In this document: positions 51,695 to 64,000 of the stretch, one piece after another
How the letters are laid out: every line of letters starts with the position of its first letter
Position numbering within the stretch: the stretch's first letter is position 1
DNA from: Mytilus californianus
Taxonomy: Eukaryota
Length of the DNA: 64,000 nt
Assembly (NCBI RefSeq): GCF_021869535.1
Contig: NW_026262593.1
Coordinates: 13,392,001 to 13,456,000, forward strand
Direction of reading: 5' to 3'
The notes under the pieces: model-generated
What the model was told of the DNA's origin: nothing
Seen by the model: only the letters and a program-made list of their open reading frames with translations
Database searches by the model: none
Program-made: the position numbers and the translations under genes

Positions 51695-51970
51695 TCATTT
51701 GGTATTGATTGACGCTTTAGCAATTACTGCCACTTTCGCAATAATGCCGTCTCAGCTGAGGTTTCAACTCCCTCAGGCAAAGTTTACCTTAGATGGATTT
51801 GGCTATTATTTTTCAGGTCCTTATTTGGTGATATATCTCAACTGTTTCGGTTCTTATACATGCACGACATTCTTGGCTTTCAATTATTTGACTTTGAGCG
51901 TTCCTGATGAAGGTAAATCCAGAAAAGTGCTTCGGACGCATGAAATTTATAAATATGTTTTCATTTTTTA
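51695..51970 (+). mobile_element. retrozyme-like / Penelope-derived non-autonomous retroelement monomer
   Basis: Carries the hammerhead motif at 51898-51939. Boundaries are approximate. Confidence 0.5.
51898..51939 (+). ncRNA. minimal type I hammerhead ribozyme motif
   Basis: Stem I GCGTTC/GGACGC, core CTGATGA, stem II A-GG-taaat-CC-A, GAAA, near-palindromic stem III AAGTGCTT, UUC cleavage triplet. Confidence 0.7.
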
Positions 51971-52169
51971 CTGACAGGGGGATAAATACCGCCATTGTTT
52001 CCCATTGATCCGTCACTGAAAGGTTTGGTTGTTTTTATTATCATTATTGTGTAATAATATATATAGGATCAATATGTTTCTGTTTATTTTGACATGGCGT
52101 CGTTAGACTAACGAGAACATTAATTAAGAACATCTTAATCGTGTATCAATACACAAACTCCCCCACAAT

Positions 52170-52415
52170 CAATCGATCTAGAGGTTAACAATGAGGTCAG
52201 GTATATGTAGAAAAGTATAGGTTGTGTTTAGGTACAGAAATAAAACGACCGTGTGTGCTACTATGTCTTGCAAACTTATAAGATATACAAATGTGGTCGA
52301 TATATATATATATATATATATACATAATTACTTTAAATATCAGCACAACAATGTTATATCTGCAAATTTGCGGAAGCAAATTTTTGTTCTTCCCTCGCGG
52401 GGATTCGAACTCATG
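52170..52415 (-). mobile_element. 5'-truncated tRNA-derived SINE remnant with internal (TA)n
   Basis: B box GAGTTCGAATCCC at 52400-52412 on the minus strand. No A box visible. Confidence 0.45.
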
Positions 52416-54153
52416 CTAATATATATATTTCCTACTATAGCCCAGTAAGTCACAGTTGTACCTTCTGTTACTTTGTAAAATACATCAACTGGAAATGTTC
52501 AAACGGAATTGGTTGAATTTTTCATTGATTATTTTGTGATCAACGTCCAGTGGCAAATATTTTCTGCAACATCTTCGAATCCTAATGTATCAAAAAACGT
52601 CACTTATTTTCTACTGTTTGACCTCTCAGAACAAAATAAATAAAAATGAAAATTCGTTAAAAAAAATCCGACCCAGCTGGATTCTTATCTTCTCAACATG
52701 AATCAAACGAGGTGTGTTACAAAGTCAATGAGATAGAAACCAAGTCAAAATAATTTCAAACTTCTGCTTGTATATTTGTAAATTCAAATATACTTCGAGT
52801 ACCTTTAGTTTAGAGTTATCATGCAATTCTCTTTCAACCTGTTGTTACGACTATTAGCTCTAAACAGATACTTTTCAAAATGAGTTTAACAACAACAGAT
52901 TTGTAACTTAACCACCGGCTTTTTTTGCGTCATTTTCTATAAAGATCTGTAACCTCATTAAGGAATTAATCATCTTTAGTTCAATAAGATGTAATTTGCC
53001 AAAAAACTATTTTTTTTCTATTCTCTTTTAATCGCTAAGTATGAAAATTAGCTCCACACCATTATTTTTCCTAATGAGTTCAACAACAGTTTTGAAAACT
53101 TAACCAGCGGCAGTTTTCCCGCCATTTTCAATAAAGATTTGTAACCTCATTAAGCATGTTAAGGAACCGAGATTCCATCACATCAGACTGTTGTCAATAG
53201 CATTTTGATCGTAAACAGCCAAACGATCGATAAATGCAGTAATTGTATATGAGTCATGGCTTAAGATGTGTCTAATTAAAAACAAGTTATATATAAGGAC
53301 GATTAGCCAATGATGATGTTTGTAAACAGACACTGATTACTCAAAGACAGAGTAATCATCATATGACCAATACAAATTCTCATCGATATTGATCGATTAC
53401 ATGAGGTTGTGACCTCCGTTGTACTTACGTTCCATATATTATTTAAGAAACGTAACCAACTGATACCTCTGTTGTTCTTAAGTTCCATATATTATTCAAG
53501 AAATAATTCTTTCATGTCACGATGTATGCTAATTTAAACATGGATAGGCATAATGTGTTTAAATCTTTATATCGAGCGTAAGCGAGGTGTAAAAATTTTG
53601 ATTTGATTTTAATTTTTTTTTTAATTTTGTTGACAAACATAATGGCTACTACCCTTGTTTTTGAAATTCCATATACTGAACTGAATTCTAACTTTATATA
53701 TAACCCCACAGGACGAGACATGATAGTTTTTCTCAAGCTATACGTATAAATAATTGAAATGACGCACTTCATAAGTCATGAGAATCAATTCTCCATTCAA
53801 ACTTTAACATATCTCATCGTCTATCATCCGAGAAAAATAAAACCTCATATTGCGTAAAGCTATTAACACATATTTCCTATACAGAAAACAGCTTTTCGAT
53901 ATTGATTATTAATAATTAATAGTTTTTTTGTCATTTCAAAGCGGGAACGTATTCCATTGACGTAACTGGAGGAGAAATTAATTGTCCAAATAGAACAAAA
54001 TAAAACATTTGTCAAATGAAATACGTTAATAAAGGGACTATTAAATAATTTTGTATAAATGTACACGTGTCTCGTGTGTTAGTTCATGTGAGTTACTGTA
54101 CCGGGACAGCACGTTGAAACAGTAAATTAAGGAACGATAATCACAGAAACTCG

Positions 54154-54158
<5 letters not shown>

Positions 54159-54216
<58 letters not shown>
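54159..54216. repeat. (TA)n microsatellite, ~29 units
   Basis: Direct reading. Confidence 0.98.
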
Positions 54217-54219
<3 letters not shown>

Positions 54220-55102
54220 AACAGTACGTTGAGACTCTGAGTACGAACTGAGTATGTATTTCTTGTTCTTGTAGATTTTATCTGTCAAATTGTGTACATT
54301 ACAGAGAGAATCAGATCACTAAGGTCAAACTTTTTTCCTGAGCCTCATGAAGCTTACTCCATACTCAATAAGAAAATCATATTTGCTTTTCTATACTTGT
54401 GTAAATTTGTTTACTTTAAGATACAAAGAACACGTAATCGGGCGAAACTTACGAATTTTTAAGTGAAAAAAAAATTTCGCCGCTATTTACGTACATTCTT
54501 TACATTTTCACCTATTTCATAAATATTTAATTAACTGTATCTCTGGTAGTATAAAAGATGTATATATATATTTTTATGTATATACATTTTTTTTGATATT
54601 CAGATGCAATTTAACGCGTTTTTTAAAAATGCAAAAAACAAAAACCAAAAAACAAAAAAAACAAAAAACAATTCCTTAACAATCCGGAATCCGGAATCTA
54701 TACATAAAGTTTTTACTTTAATATCCATGCATATTTGGAGAAGAACGAAAAGAAAAATAGGGCCAAATTTACACTGAAAAAATTTACCACCAGCAGAATT
54801 CACAATAGTATACAGCTTCATATGTGTACTTGGAGGTCTATTTTAAGATAACAGCATGTCTTAACACATTATTACCTACAGATAGCTCGAACATAAAATT
54901 TTGAGAGATTTTGACAAATTATGAGTATTTATCCAAACATGTTAAAGGAAGGACTATCTTAGCTAAAATTATATTTGGTGTAATTTCATATATATATATA
55001 TACATTGTCTTTCAGATATGAATGAATTCGTTTCGGTTTAAGATATAACTTTCAAGGCAAGGTTAAAAAAAACCATGTAAACTTGTACGTTATTTGGTTT
55101 CT

Positions 55103-55144
55103 GGTTGAGAACTGTCTCATTGACAATCATACCACATCTTCTTT
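55103..55144 (+). mobile_element. minimal 3'-terminal copy of the Penelope-associated repeat
   Basis: ACTGTCTCATTGACAATCATACCACATCTTCTTT. Confidence 0.65.
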
Positions 55145-55206
55145 ACAAGTAGATTTTGTAACATTGCATTTAAACAGTACCCAAAATAAACAAAAACAGG
55201 GTAAAG

Positions 55207-56132
55207 ACAAGAGTGCACACGCTGAAATGTCTCGCCTTCTTTACTAATCATTGATATTATGTTGATAGTCTCAAATATAAAGCTTTATAACAACTGTCAC
55301 ATAAACTTAACATTAACCAAGTAAACATAAACATTGACCAATGAACCATGAAAATGAGGTCAAGGTCAGATGAACCATGCTAGGCAGGCATGTACAGCTA
55401 ACAATTCTTTCATACAACAAATATAGTTGATCATTGCTTATAGTTTGAGAAAAACAGACCAAAACACAAAAACTTAACACTGAGAAATGAACCTTGAAAA
55501 TGAGGTCAAGGTCAAATAAAACCTGCGTGACTGACATATAGATCATAAAATATTTCCATACACCAAATATAGTTGAACTATTGCATATAGTATTAGAAAA
55601 ACAGACCAAAACTTAAAAACTTAACTTTGACCACTGAACCATGAAAATGAGGTCAAGGTCAGATGACACCTGCCAGTTGGACATGTACACCTTACAGTCC
55701 TTCCATACACCAAATATACTAGACCTATTGCTTATAGTATCTGAGATATGGACTTGACCACCAAAACTTAACCTTGTTCACTGATCCATGAAATGAGGTC
55801 GAGGTCAAGTGAAAACTGTCTGACGGGCATGAGGACCTTGCAAGGTACGCACATACCAAATATAGTTATCCTATTACTTATAATAAGAGAGAATTTAACA
55901 TTACAAAAAATCTTAACTTTTTTTCAAGTAGTCACTGAACCATGAAAATGAGGTCAAGGACATTAGACATGTGACTGACGGAAACTTCGTAACATGAGGC
56001 ATCCATATACAAAGTATGAAGCATCCAGATCTTCCACCTTCTAAAATATAAAGCTTTTAAGAAGTTAGTTAACGCCGCTTCATATCCCTATGTCGAGCTT
56101 TCTGCGACAAAAGTCGCAGGCTCGACAAAAAA
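55207..56132 (+). mobile_element. HINE/Helentron-like element, 5 core units (same family as 41369-42894)
   Basis: Same 5' end and 3' hairpin, GCC tract almost absent. Confidence 0.88.
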
Positions 56133-56209
56133 CTGGCGCTCGAGGTTCGGTGATTATAAGGTAAAGCAGTTAAAGCGAGAGGGATAAAGACTAGCTAAAC
56201 AAACTGATA

Positions 56210-57469
56210 ACAAGAGTGCACACGCTGAAATGTCTCGCCTTCTTTACTAATCATTGATATTATGTTGATAGTCCTAAATATAAAGCTTTATTACAACTGT
56301 CACATAAACTTAACATTAACCAAGTAAACTAAACATTGACCAATGAACCATGAAAATGAGGTCAAGGTCAGATGAACCATGCTAGGCAGGCATGTACAGC
56401 TAACAATTCTTCCATACAACAAATATAGTTGACCTATTGCTTATAGTTTAAGAAAAACAGACGAAAACACAAAAACTTAACACTGAGCAATGAACCTTGA
56501 AAATGAGGTCAAGGTCAAATAAAACCTGCGTGACTGACATATAGATCATAAAATATTTCCATACACCAAATATAGTTGAACTATTGCATATAGTATTAGA
56601 AAAAAAGACCAAAACTCAAAAACTTAACTTTGACCACTGAACCATGAAAATGAGGTCAAGGTAAGATGACACCTGCCAGCTAGACATGTACACCTTACAA
56701 TCATTCCATACACCAAATATAGCTGACCTATTGCATGCAGTATTAGAAAAAAAGACCAAAACTCAAAAACTTAACTTTGACCACTGAACCATGAAAATGA
56801 GGTCAAGGTCAGATGACACCTGCCAGCTAGACATGTACACCTTACAATCATTCCATACACCAAATATAGTAGACCTATTGCATACAGTATAAGAAAAACA
56901 GACCAAAACACAAAAACTTAACTATAACCACTGAACCATGAAAATGAGGTCAAGGTCAGATGACACCTGCCAGTTGGACATGTACACCTTACAGTCCTTC
57001 CATACACCGAATATACTAGACCTATTGCTTATAGTATCTGAGATATGGACTTGACCACGAAAACTTAACCTTGTTCACTGATCCATGAAATGAGGTCGAG
57101 GTCAAGTGAAAACTGTCTGACGGGCATGAGGACCTTGCAAGGTACGCACATACCAAATATAGTTATCCTATTACTTATAATAAGAGAGAATTTAACATTA
57201 CAAAAAATCTGAACTTTTTTTTCAAGTAGTCACTGAACCATGAAAATGAGGTCAAGGACATTGGACATGTGACTGACGGAAACTTCGTAACATGAGGCAT
57301 CCATATACAAAGTATGAAGCATCCAGGTCTTCCATCTTCTAAAATATAAAGCTTTTAAGAAGTTAGCTAACGCCGCCGCCGCCGCCGCCGTAGCCGCCGC
57401 CGCCGCCGCCGCCGGATCGCTATCCCTATGTCGAGCTTTCTGCGACAAAAGTCGCAGGCTCGACAAAAA
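56210..57469 (+). mobile_element. HINE/Helentron-like element, 7 core units (same family)
   Basis: Same termini, long (GCC)n at 57371-57412. Lies ~77 bp downstream of the previous copy. Confidence 0.88.
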
Positions 57470-59469
57470 TTGCAAGGGATGTTCCGATGAATGACATTCT
57501 CTAGGGACATTTCTGCTTTTCGTTCGAAACATTTTTCTACCATATTACACTTATTGATGATAAGTGTGGACAGAAAAACTTCAATGGAAAATTTTTTAAT
57601 GTGTTTAATCTATGACGATATAAAATAACCATTTAACCTATGTCAATATATGGAATGCTCAAAATCTTTTATTCAAATAATTTATCTATATTCCATTATG
57701 AAGACGGTGTGAACATTAAACAAATTGTTTACTATATCTGACGATTCCTGTCAATATAAACAAGATAAAACAAACCGTGCGAACTCAAAGGACGAGACAA
57801 ACCTGGATATATAAACAGGGGGTATACAAAAGTATAGGTCGGCTGGCTTGAGTATCCTACCAATAACACCACATCAGTCATATATAGTACATGTAATGTG
57901 AAAAGACGTTTAATGTAAGATCACTAGTCATACTATGTAGTACTATAGTATTTAATACGCATTAAAAACGAAGAGCTGGTACCTATTTCAATCGTTTTCT
58001 GAAATAAATAATAGAGATCTAGAGAGTTTTTGAAACCGCATAAAAACCACAAATGTATTATTCTAAACGTGTTTTTTTCTTTGGTTTTGATAACTAATGG
58101 AAAATTCAGAACGTCCGAAAGCAAAGTCTTATATTTATAAGTAGGTAAAATGCGTATTTCGTGATAATAGAACGTGACTTGATGATGTCAATGGGAAGGA
58201 AATATAGTTTTAGACTGTATCACAGGAACAAACACGCCGTGTTCTTCGGATTATACGTATTACATCACAATAACCTATTTTTAAATTTTTAAATTGAAAC
58301 AGTTCATCCGAGCATACCATCTATCCATAGAAAGTGAAAAGGTTAAATATAAATACAAATACCCCCACAAATACTTATAACTAAGGTTAATAATAATGTT
58401 TATTTATTACTTAAAATTAAATTGTGTTATAAAATATGCTAAACATGAACAATAATCTCTAACTAAGAAGTTATAATTATTTATTTTGAATTCCACAAAT
58501 AATTAGACTTAAGAAATGTCTTGGACTTATCTTTAAAAAAGACTGTCTGTTTGAAGCAGATTTAGCATTAGTTCAGTAATATATCACTACATATGTTGAC
58601 CTATATTGACATCTGTCTTTTTTATATAAAGATGTTTATTGTGTTGAAAGCTTTTTGTAGTTTTCATCAAATCTTCTTTTTTAAAACGAATACTGTTTTT
58701 TAATAATCATATATTTTTGCTGATAGCGTTTAACGTGATTGTTTGTTTTATGAATTGCATCTATTTTACTCGTGTTCTGTTACAGACCCCAAGAAATGTC
58801 GATTGAGGGGACAATTTATATATATGAACCATAGCGAAGAATAAGAGAGATTATTTTTTTATCATTTGCTCTTGCTTTATAGAAGAAATATCTATATAAG
58901 TTGTTATTTTTTTTTATAGAAAGAAAGAACATTCGAACATTTGCACCGTCTTTAATCACCATTAGAGAAATCTCCTTTTTTTATGTACTTTGTTTTTTAT
59001 TGTGTTTTGTGGTCTTTTGTTTCTTTTTTAATACACGCTCCAGTTAACGAACGTATCAGCTATACAGAGTTTCATTCAAGTTCCACATGCAGTGGGAATA
59101 CTAGAACAGACACGTTGAATAATTTATTATGTGAGATAGTCAATTCAATGCATGGAAATTGGTCTCTGTTTACAGGACATTTAAAGTTATCAATAAAATA
59201 TTTGTAAATCTCTTTAAACCGACGGATGATATTATGATAAATATTTAATGTGTCACTGCATAACAAATATGTGATCATGTTTTAGTCTGTATATATATAT
59301 GTTTTATGCTCCATGTTATTTGTCTCTATGATTGTACGAACTGATCAATGAATATGGAGCCACTATCGTCTCTCTCTTTTTTGTATGTCTATGGTGATTC
59401 CGTCAAAAGGACAGAGAATGCACAGTGGCAAAACAAAAACCACCTGTACCACAGAAGTACGACTCAACT

Positions 59470-59665
59470 GCAAATAAAACACATGTCTACTATAGTGCGA
59501 CCGAGCGGAAAATAAAACACATGTCTTCCAAACTGCGGCTCAGCGGCAAATAAAACACATGTCTACCATAGTGCGACTCAGCGGAAAATAAAACACATGT
59601 CTTCCAAACTGCGGCTCAGCGGCAAATAAAACACATACTAGTATCTTCCAAATTACGGCTCAGCT
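59470..59665. repeat. 38-bp tandem repeat with alternating A/B units (76-bp dimer)
   Basis: AAATAAAACACATGTC followed alternately by TAC(T/C)ATAGTGCGAC and TTCCAAACTGCGGC. Confidence 0.9.
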
Positions 59666-60628
59666 GTAACGAGAAAGACTACTCGGATACACTAACATCG
59701 CAAAAGAAAACGAATTCAGTAAGAGAGACTAAACACCGAAGAAGCAAAATATATATAGCCGTTAAAAACGATTTTAAATATAAAAACACTGAATACAACA
59801 GAGAACAGTCGAAATGTTAAAAACTACTTAACCAAGGGAAACTGTACCATCAGAACACAACATAACTATTAAAACGACTTCACTAAAAAAACTGTACATT
59901 AGCAGAAAACGACACATTACATAAAAAAATGACCACAAAAGTATAAGTATACTAAATATAAAACTAAAAGTTCCCAAAATTGACCAACATCTATCTGGAC
60001 TACCATTTAACCAAGTCCTGTTATCATGTCAAAACTGCATTGGCATGCATTGATTACTGATTTCCGTATGTTCTCGAAAGGTATAGGTAAACGGTGCAAA
60101 TTGATTGCATCCATAAATTCAACATTGTTTACAAATATCATCAAGAATATGTTTACATACCCTATTACACCTACAGGAATATATTGATATGATCATTTAC
60201 GTCACAGGGTGGTCATGTTACATTTAAACAGCCATACATTGTAATAGGCCACATTTACGTTGTTAACATCCATGTCTCATATATTTCAAACGTCGTCCCA
60301 AAATAAGCAGAAACGCCTTTTCCCATGAGAAGCTTTAAAACCAATTAATTTAATAAGTAATATGAAGACCTTGGTATTGCCTATATAGAGATGCATCCTT
60401 CATGAGAAAAAGTCCCTCAAATACACAGTTAGCATTGTAGTCTTAAAAATACACAGTTAGCATTTTAGTCTTAAAAATACAAAACATCAATAATTAACAT
60501 CGACAATTTTGTTATAATCTGTAGTGTACTATGGTATTCTTTTAACCAACTATGTGCAAATACTATCCCAGAATTCTTTATGTAAGACAGGAACCCTTAT
60601 TACTTAAGACGACAGCAACCCTCATTAC

Positions 60629-60779
60629 CCATGGCGGCCTTGTTTGATAATGTTTTAAGCCATAAATTGTAAAAGTGTATAAATTTCCTTGCTTGTAATT
60701 AGCCAAAAACCTTTTTTTTATCCATTGACTTTTAGATTTCCAAATAATCGTCCATTTATTGGTTCTCATTTCAAAACAA
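60629..60779 (-). CDS. candidate exon (xCFEMRTNKWTIIWKSKSQWIKKRFLANYKQGNLYTFTIYGLKHYQTRPPW), phase 2-0
   Basis: Acceptor ttttccattctctttaag, donor TGG|gtaatg, 50 open codons, loose kelch-like spacing. Confidence 0.3.
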
Positions 60780-61234
60780 CTTAAAGAGAATGGAAAACAA
60801 TACACGTAGAAATTAAGTACACGAGTGTTTAATGTGATATTCATAAATCCACTCCTGATTATATGGTCTTGCTGATCACACACACATATATATATTTTCT
60901 GGGTTGCCTCTGTTGAAATGATGAGTTCTGAAGATTATCATCCAAGGCCATCTCATAAATACCATTGCAGCTCAGTACATAATGACTTCGCTAATAAATT
61001 CCATTGTTCCACAGTACATATCAACTTCACTAACTATAATGTCATACATCTCTTTAAGCAGTTATCCATTGCATGTATGTATGTGCATATTAATCACGGG
61101 GATAGCTCAACAGTAGACTTTTTTTCATAAACGCCCATCTTTTATCCGAATGCATCAGAATTTGAAATGATGTACATACAAGTGTATTATTATACATAAA
61201 AGTATATTGGTGTATATACCATGATGATATATAT

Positions 61235-62106
61235 GTATCATCTGGTACGCTTGGTGCTGACAACATACAAGTGCATTGTTGTAAATACACGTATACTCTC
61301 ACTCGTTTGGTACAGTCGGACTGACAACATACAAGAGTATTAAGGTATGTATATGGATTCTCTCCCTCATCTGGTACGCTCAGGTCTAGTGCTGGCAACA
61401 TACAAGTGCATTGATTTCTGTATATGTATACGCTCACTCATCTGGTGCAGTCCGGCTCAGTGGCGGATCCAGAACTTTTAATAAGGGGCCCACTGACTGA
61501 CCTAAAGGTGGGCCCACTGACTGACCTAAGGGGGGTCCACTCCAGTCATGCTTCAGTGATTCCCTATATAATCAACCAAATTTTTCCCACAAAAGGGGGG
61601 GGGGGGCGGACCCCCCCAGCCCCCTCCCCCCTTGGATCCGCATATGTGGCTGACAACATACAAGTGCATCGATGTATGTATAATGTATACTCTCGCTCGT
61701 CTAGAACGCTCGGTGCTGACAACATACAAGTGCATCGATGTATGTATAATGTATACTTTCGGTCAACTAGAACGCTCGGTTCTGACAACATACAAGTGCA
61801 TCTATGTATGTATAATGCATAGTATCGCACATCTAGAACGCTCGGGCTGACAACATAAACGTGCATTGTTGTATGTATGCATTGTTGTATGTATAATGTA
61901 TACTGTTGCCCAGCAAGATCGCTCGGGGTTGACAACATACAGGTGCGTTGATATATTTATAATGTATACTCTCGCTCATCTAAAACGCTCAGGGATGACC
62001 AACTACAAGTGCATCGATGTATGTATGTGTATACTCTCGCTCTTCTGACAACATACAAGTATTTTGATGTACGTAATTGTATATACTCTTGCTCATTGGG
62101 TACGCT
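61235..62106. repeat. degenerate ~66-bp satellite interrupted by a MITE
   Basis: CTGACAACATACAAGTGCAT recurs, period 66 at 61650/61716. Confidence 0.85.
61458..61646. mobile_element. CAGTGGCGGATCC-type MITE inserted in the satellite
   Basis: CAGTGGCGGATCCA...TGGATCCGCATATG. Same family as 44256-44389, opposite orientation. Confidence 0.8.
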
Positions 62107-62249
62107 TTCAGTCGATAGTATATGGGGTTATCAAAACCAAAATGGCTTAGAAAACAGCCAAGACAGCCTATGGTCAAGTTTGCTTAAAGAGTGGCCAACT
62201 TAAATAAAATACAGTTACGTAAATCATAGTTTGAACATTCGAATCAACA

Positions 62250-63136
62250 CTTACTGGAGGTGTGATGAGACGATTAAAGCACTAAATTTTCTCCTTGACA
62301 ACATTTATGTATACCTTTCGGCAATAAAATTTATCGACAGTTTGTTGGTATTCCTATGGGCACCAATTATGCCCCTTTAATAGCAGACTTGTTCCTTTAC
62401 AGTTAATGACCAAACTCAGTAAAGAATCGTCTAAATTCCATTTCATTGATAAATTCAACAACACTCACCGTTATCTTGATGATATGTTTTCGTTAAATAA
62501 TCAAGAATTCTCTAAATATACTGCTGAAATTTACCCAAAGGAACTTACTCTAAATAAATCAAATATTAACAGCAATAACTGTCCTTTCCTAGATTTAGAT
62601 ATTTCAGTATTACACCAGAAACTCTACACAAAAATTTACGACAATAGGGGTGATTTTTTTCTTTCCCTATTGTTAATTTTCCCTTTTGGACGGTGATGTT
62701 CCTTTGGCACCGTCTTACTGTGTTTATATATCCCAACTCGTTCGTTATAGGCTCGTGTATGTAGTGCCGTTTTGGATTTCAATGAGCGCAATGTATGTAT
62801 TACTAGTAAATTATTAAGTCAGGGATGTCATTACCACAAATTACTTAAAACCTTTACTGAATTCCTCCATAGATACACAGATTTGGTCTGCAAGTTTGGC
62901 TGTATACCTGTAGAAACCTTATTTCAAACGGTATGGTACATCCTAAATTTTATGGCGATTTAAGATGTTGTAAACCGACCCCGGGTATTTATAGATACGA
63001 TTCGGGAAAACTTATCAATCCTTTAAATAAATTTATTCTTTAAGGTTACCTATTCAACACTGTAATTAAATCTTTGAATATTGTTTTTATTGGTGTAAAT
63101 ATTGATTTTGTTATCAGTAAATTAAAACCATACTAA
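62250..63136 (+). pseudogene. frameshifted, 5'-truncated Penelope-like reverse transcriptase (Naiad-like architecture)
   Basis: Motifs LLDNIYV, RQFVGIPMGTNYAPLIADLFLY, RYLDD, IYPKEL, FLDL, IVNFPF, VYISQLVRY across several frameshifts. Ends at TAA 63134-63136 with no GIY-YIG domain. Confidence 0.9.
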
Positions 63137-63840
63137 ATATTATACATATTTACTTTCACGGTACTACAATCTCATGTTTTCCCTGACTGTCAATGACGTT
63201 TTTACACTAAGTCTATTGGATGTTGGATGTGTACTGATTGATATTTTAGTCTTAGATACATAATTTTTTTTATTAGTTGATATTGGCTTTGAACTAGCTG
63301 TCAGTAACTGCGAGTACTCTCAGATCTGTGCTTAGTGTCTTTTTGTTGTGGGGATGTATAAGTACCTGTCCACGTCCACTCTGTGTTTCTGTTAGATGTA
63401 TTTATATGTGTATCCATCTGATGAGTTAAGCCTTTTTCAACTGTTTTTATAGTTTGTTCTAATGTTGTACTGTTACACTACTGTCCCAGGTTAGGGGTAG
63501 GGTTCAGCGCTCACAAACATGTTTAACCCCGCCACATTCTTTATGTGCCTGTCCCAAGTCAGGAGCCTACAGTTCAGTGGTTGTCGTTGGTTCATGTCTG
63601 TCATATTTGTTTTTTCGTAAATTGTTTTGTTATAAATTAGGCTCGTTACTTTTCTCAATTGAATTGTTTCATATTTTTCATGTCGGGGCCTTTTAATAGC
63701 CGACCATACGGTATGAATTTTTCTCAATGATGAAGGCGATACGGTTACCTATAATTGCTTAAATCCACTTCATTTGAACTTTGATGGATAGTTGTCTCAT
63801 TTGCAATCATACCTGCCACATCTCCATATTTTTATATTTA
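63137..63840 (+). mobile_element. 3' UTR / pseudo-LTR of the Penelope-like element
   Basis: Directly follows the RT stop codon. Collinear with at least 7 dispersed short copies in this window. Confidence 0.75.
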
Positions 63841-64000
63841 TCGTTTAAATCATATGTCCCTATACCGAAGCACTGGCCACTAAGACATTAGTAGATTAAG
63901 GATGTTCGCTTCTCTTGTTTTTGACTTTTTGTCAGATATTCGGAATCCTCTAGTTTTATCCATGTAGTGCCAATAAAAATTTTGCCCATTGACCCCTACT

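Noticed and set aside
41894-57532. ORFs such as ...DSDPAAAAALANFLKALYFRRW... and repeated DLDLIF peptides
   Set aside because: They are antisense translations of the HINE cores and (GCC)n tracts.
63418-63450. CTGATGA-GTT...AAC as a hammerhead core or SECIS in the Penelope 3' UTR
   Set aside because: No GAAA after the short stem, and no 11-14-bp helix II or 3' GA quartet.

Overview
AT-rich eukaryotic genomic DNA whose repeat families look like those of bivalves, most likely a mussel (Mytilus-like; inference). Most of the window is repeat-rich non-coding sequence. It holds six non-autonomous Helentron/HINE-type elements, several MITEs, two tRNA-derived SINE remnants and a decayed LINE end. It also holds a 5'-truncated Penelope-like RT with many short copies of its 3' end, a retrozyme-like segment with a minimal hammerhead ribozyme motif, and more than 15 unrelated minisatellite arrays. 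The only well-supported gene is an apparently intronless 208-codon + strand ORF (31806-32432) of unknown function. A set of phase-compatible candidate exons on the - strand may form a large spliced gene, but similar splice-site pairs also occur on the + strand, so this is tentative. No CRISPR, rRNA or true tRNA genes were found. The most unusual signals are a 55-bp tandem array whose unit is a complete acceptor/micro-exon/donor cassette, the hammerhead motif and a satellite apparently derived from it, and the physical link between a Penelope RT lacking a C-terminal endonuclease and the window's most abundant short repeat. All coordinates and counts were read by eye.
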